From the NCBI RefSeq assembly GCF_026571515.1, contig NW_026857137.1, forward strand, positions 1 through 64,000: 64,000 bases of DNA, written 5' to 3'. This DNA is from Ruditapes philippinarum (lineage: Eukaryota). Both the position numbers and the translations under genes were made by a program. The notes beneath the pieces are model-generated. The model was not told where the DNA came from. It ran no database searches and saw only the letters and a program-made list of their open reading frames with translations. This document shows, piece by piece, positions 59,221-64,000 of the stretch (positions are counted from its first letter, which is position 1; each line of letters begins with the position of its first letter).

Positions 59221-60969
59221 GTAAATAGGGTTTATAGTCTCGTTACAATATTCACAAAATGGCAATCTTCATGAAATACGACGAAATCAGTTTTACTCGT
59301 GATTTTTTTTATTTATTTCTCTTTTCTGAAATAGTAATTAACGTAAGTTTTTTTTATTGCATGTTCATTATGTTCAAGTGACATCATGTCATAGCATTCT
59401 ATATGTTACATTTAAAGAATTTCGGTTCTTTCCGACCTTAATTTGGCGGTTTTTGATATTTTATATCGCGACAGTTTTGTGAATAAACAGAGGATATTGA
59501 ATGCATAAGTGTAAATTAAATTCAGAATTTATTGAACGAGTTGAATAAATTTAGTATCAAACTTACACGAATTTAATATTCTATTTATCACATACCAAAA
59601 CTAAAGACGGTTTGAAATGAAAAAGAACGTTACCATTTCCATTTCCATTTACGCGCTAACATTTAATGTCACATCAAAATATACCATACCCACGGCCGTG
59701 CAATACGTAAAAGCGGCACGAGTATGTGATAAAAATCGCTACTGCATGCCTGTGTTATTAATATCTCAAGTCAAATCGTATGTGCTGTACAGACATGATT
59801 AAAACCTAAAATATCAATAGCAGAAATGTTTTCTAACTTTCTAAACTTTCAAGGAAAATAATGGATGACTGATAAGAAGGCCAAGAACTGGCCATTTCTA
59901 AATCGATCAACAATACAAGGCCTAACCTAATGAAAATAGATGAATCCCCTCTCAACGAACTCTAGTCAATCGTTAAGAAATCCTTAAATATTTTTATCAT
60001 ACGGAGTTTTTCAGTGTCAAGTATATCTGTAAATCAACTGAATACTTTTCACAGATGATACTGTTATCTACATCAACATCAGATTCTAACAAGATGTAAA
60101 ATAAAACTTGCTTGGTCCATGGAATTCAAGCCAGATGAATATGAAGTACAAAGTAAATAGAAAAAGAAACCCAGTAAGATTCCCTTATGTCCTCATAGTA
60201 ATCAGTTAGTCAACCTAATAAACAAAGTGCCTATAGGGGTAACCATCAGTCAAGTACTCCCAGATTCCGACTATAAATAAACGTGTGACTTGTGTGAACG
60301 TCGGCTTTGCATAAAACTTGTTGATCTTTGTTCTTTTCTTTTTTACAGCCCATGAGTCAGAACTTGGATTATTCATTTACATACATGTAGTTAAAATGTT
60401 TATATTAACCCTTTCCCTCATGAGCATATTGTGAAAAATGGCCGTTTTCATGGAAAAGCCTCCTGTTACAAGTTCAAACTGCTATGAAACTATGAAAAAA
60501 GCTTCAATACTAATCAAACTTGGCAAAAATGTTGACTAGACCATTGCCTTTCTAACGACATGCTCAGTCTTAAATTTCCTGTTACCATGGCAACGAGGGG
60601 ACGTCTCAAAATTGCCAAAAATCACTATTTTGCCTCATTTTTTTCCATCAAAATTTATTTCAAAGTGCTGCAACTTCTCAAGGGATTGAGATAAAGTCAA
60701 AGGCTTGAACAGCGTTGGTTACACGTTACCTTCAGATCGATCTGGGGTCATTTTTAGCCTCTCACAAGTCCAAAATTTTCTTGGCGATGAGGGGGACTAC
60801 CGCCCCCCTTCAAGCCCCCCAAACAGAAGGGGGGTGTGCCCCCTGTTGTATCTTTTGGATGGGGGCGGCGCCGAAAAAGCTCAAATTTTTTATAGGACAT
60901 TTTTTCACTATTTGAGGCCTAAAAGAGAGGGGGGTCGAAAGTGCGTTGTTTCGCGTATAGGTATAGATG

Positions 60970-61700
60970 GGGTATCGTATCGATTTATTCAGGGAATAGA
61001 CATATACACACATAATCAATTTGCATACAAATGTATATATAAAAACACACACATAAATGCAACAAAAATAATTATAAGATTAATTAATGAGTATGTTCCC
61101 TAGGATTGCCCATTAATCTAAAAGCTTATTTCCAATGGGGTCCATTTACTGTAAAATTGTTACACTAACTTACATAATAATAAATGAATTATAAAGAAGT
61201 TAAAATAAACGAAAATTTTCAACAATCAAGACACATTTTTCAATATATAATAAGACAAGTACATTGTACACAAACAAAATGAAATAAATTTCGTTTAAAC
61301 TAAAACATATCAAGTACAACATAAACAAGTTACAAAACCTTATCATAAGTTATACATCAATTTAATAATAAATAAACATATTATTCACTTGTTTATCATT
61401 TTCATTACTTAAAAAATGTTTTACTTTCGTTTTAAATCTTTGGATACTGTCAATTGATCTAATGTTGTCTGGTAAAGAATTCCAGTCTTTTGTGGCATTG
61501 TAGAAAAATGTATTTTTAATATAAGAATCATTTTGAGGCAAAACAAAATTAAAATTACTAGATCTTAAATTGGATATTCTACAAACCTTAAACAATTCCT
61601 TTAAATAAGAAGGGCTTTTGCTGTAATATACTTTATGAATGTGATTGAGTCTTAACTGTCTAACTCTATTATAAAGGGTTAAATGTTCAAACATTGTTAC
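60970..61700 (-). mobile_element. 3' fragment of a CR1/L2-group LINE
   Basis: ORF 61362-61694 carries SPSYL..NLRS..TFFYNATKDWNSLP..FKTKVK. 3' UTR ggaccccattggaaataagc and an aataaatcgatacgatac tail. Confidence 0.75.
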
Positions 61701-63189
61701 ACAGAGCTATACAATGTATGTAATTTACAGTAAATTTGACATGGAGATAGATAGTACCCGATAGCCTAATGAATATCAAAAGTTGTGTCCCTTTATTTAA
61801 TTTGACCATTTGCTTGACTGAAGTCTGTTTCAGCGGTAAATATCAGAAATATTGTGTTTTTGTCGCCAAAATGATGTTAACTAACTAAATTTGAATCATA
61901 AAGAAACAATTGATGGTATAACATATTCCTTGGTTTTTAAAATTGAATTGTGTAAATGAAAATTCAAAGAGAGTGACTGTAAAAGCACTCATACCTTGAT
62001 GAACCTAGTGACACTGACAGTCCAATATGACAGAAGACGTTACGGGCTTGATCAGTTGATTTCCTAAGAAGTAAATATAACTGAAAGGAACGTCATATTT
62101 ATAGGACTATTTTAAAATCCACAGAAGCTTTAATTGAGGGATCAATCACTGTGTGTAATAGTAATTATTCTGTTTTAATACCCCCACTCATGCTGTTGGG
62201 CATATTGTCGGTCTAGCCCAAATATGAAGACGTAAACCACGGATTTCAATCTATTTTTTATGCAATGGTCAAATCAGCTATTACGATAAATGTACTAACT
62301 TCGAAAAAGAAAATTGTGAAGTCTTTCATGGAAGGACTAATCGTCATCCCAGATACAAGATTTTTACCAGTGTCCAGGGTTGTCATTAACATTTTTTGAA
62401 GAAGGTTTGTTTTGAATTTGAGGCGGTCATTTCTGTCTTTATCATGCATAACAAAGAGTGTTTTCTTAATTTTGAGGCGGCCCATAATGCATTTGAGACA
62501 GGCATTTTGGCCTCCTGCCGCCTCTTAATGACAACCCTGAGTGTCCCTACCATTTTCATCTTTAGAATGTTATTTATGCATAAGTAATTAAGTGTTGTAT
62601 GACCAAAGCAAAATAATGTGAAAAAGAGGGTTATTGATACAATTGCATGTCGAAAATTGAAGAATTTTGTTGTGCTTTGGATTATGACAAACCAAAAATG
62701 CTCGGCAACATTGTATACATTGCAAAAAAGAAAAAAAATTAAAATTTTTTATCTTGTTGTAAAGATGTCACTCACGATTAATTATCAAATGAAATCTAAT
62801 ATTTTGTTCAAAATAAGAAGCATGTTCAGATTTAGGTGCACACTCGCTACTTTACTATTTTGTATATTTATCTGTACAAAATAAATATTTTCTTTAAACC
62901 ATTCAAACATTTATTACTATGTAGTGCACTTGAATCCAAACAACAACAACAAAATTATGTCTAAAGTCTAGCAGACAATATCTGTAAAGTACTTTATATA
63001 AAATATTTTTGCGCAACTAGTGAGAAAAAAAACAAAGCAAAGTTTTACCAGCATTCTATCTATAGTATTCGATACTAATGTATTTCTTTAAGCCCATTTA
63101 AAATTGTAAGGGTATTGGTTGTTCTGAAATTGAAGCACAAAGGCACTGATAAGCTAAAATTAAGTATCTGTGGAAATCATGGCAATAGT

Positions 63190-63265
63190 CGACTTATTGG
63201 CTTCATTGGTAGAGTGTTGGACTGTGAATCAGATGACACAGGTTGGATTCCCAGATGGTGCAGGT
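63190..63265 (+). mobile_element. Decayed tRNA-like SINE head
   Basis: tggcttcattggtagagtgttggactgtgaatc..aggttggattccc has A/B-box-like motifs but no proper acceptor stem. Confidence 0.4.
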
Positions 63266-63834
63266 CACTATCGTTGTGATTATCTTGAAATTCTTTCTAC
63301 AGTTATTGATTGATAATCATTTATTCTTATTGCATAGAAAAAAATCCCAATATGTGGGTTTCTTCTTGATTCACGAAACTGTTGAAAATTCCCAATTTTA
63401 TCATGGAAATTAAAAAAAAAAAAATGCCAATCAGTTCAGCTATTTAGGCACACTTGAGATTTACTGAATAGTGAAAGTAACAGGTTTGTTGTCATCTAAG
63501 TAAATTTGAATGTTTTAAAAGGTTTTGCTAAATATGCCAATTTTTCTATTGGTCTGACAATCACATTATGTTACAATAATAATAATTTTCCCAATTTTAC
63601 AGGCATTGGCTGTTCTGATAAAAAATAAAGTTTAAAAAATCTCTGATAATGGTCTAGTTTCAACTGTTGAATCATCAATTTTTACTGTTAAGTGTTCTTT
63701 TTCAGATTGGAATAATGGAGAAAAGCAGTTTGGAATTTGAAAACAGGAATTAGCTACATAATGATGGTGTCTGTTGTGAATGTTGAGACAGCCTTCACTA
63801 TTTTGAATAAAAGGTAAAACATTTTCTTTTCTTT

Positions 63835-64000
63835 TGAATATGGACAGACAACAATCAGTGCCCATAGGCGCGGTTGACATTTTATATACTTATTACAGGT
63901 GCTGTGTTTGATTTTTTTTTTACGTTTACAATTTTTGTTCACTGAGAGACAAATATCAGGAATATAATCTGTTATATCAGGAATTGGGATCAGGGTCGAA
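63835..64000 (-). mobile_element. End of a relative of the 23714 transposon, continuing beyond the window
   Basis: Reverse complement ctgatcccaattcctgatat..cacagcacctgta..aaaatgt.aaccg.gcct..gggca.tgattgtt matches 23764-23890. Confidence 0.65.

Noticed and set aside
60406-60960. TTAA-CCCT start suggesting a piggyBac element, and ORFs at 60705-61103
   Set aside because: No matching right TIR found. The ORFs cross a repeat/LINE-tail junction and lack motifs.
63190-63265. tRNA-His(GTG) gene
   Set aside because: The acceptor and T stems do not pair properly; better explained as a decayed SINE head.
63632-63942. Two minus-strand ORFs near the window end
   Set aside because: They start within a copy of the non-coding 23714 transposon end and have no recognisable motifs.

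Overview
AT-rich, intron-containing animal DNA. The repeat families and a cvSI-type inhibitor point to a bivalve mollusc (inference). It is not prokaryotic: no CRISPR array, rRNA or operons. I assembled five spliced protein-coding genes by hand from GT-AG sites and exon phases: (1) an ERK3/ERK4-like atypical MAP kinase (minus, 14336-21245) with a non-canonical T-D-N/S-P-E activation segment, an FHIEHE motif, tandem uORFs and a frameshifted C-tail; (2) an intact 89-aa, 12-Cys secreted cvSI-like (MEROPS I84) protease inhibitor (35469-36353), missed by the ORF track; (3) a 109-aa uncharacterised two-exon protein (40769-41508); (4) a TspanC8 tetraspanin (45367-51159); (5) a 125-aa orphan type I membrane protein (54057-56445). 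The most striking structure is the inhibitor locus. The intact gene sits between two ~110-bp pogo/Tc1-mariner-like inverted repeats 6.3 kb apart, a candidate gene-carrying Pack-TIR element. Next to it lie a LINE-disrupted inverted paralog and an orphan paralogous first exon. The rest is transposon-derived: Helentron/DINE-like elements carrying 162-bp and 145/137-bp satellite arrays, LINEs, SINEs, TSD-bounded MITEs, a 35-bp minisatellite and a near-identical duplication at 6315-bp offset. All homology calls come from motif recognition only; no searches were run.
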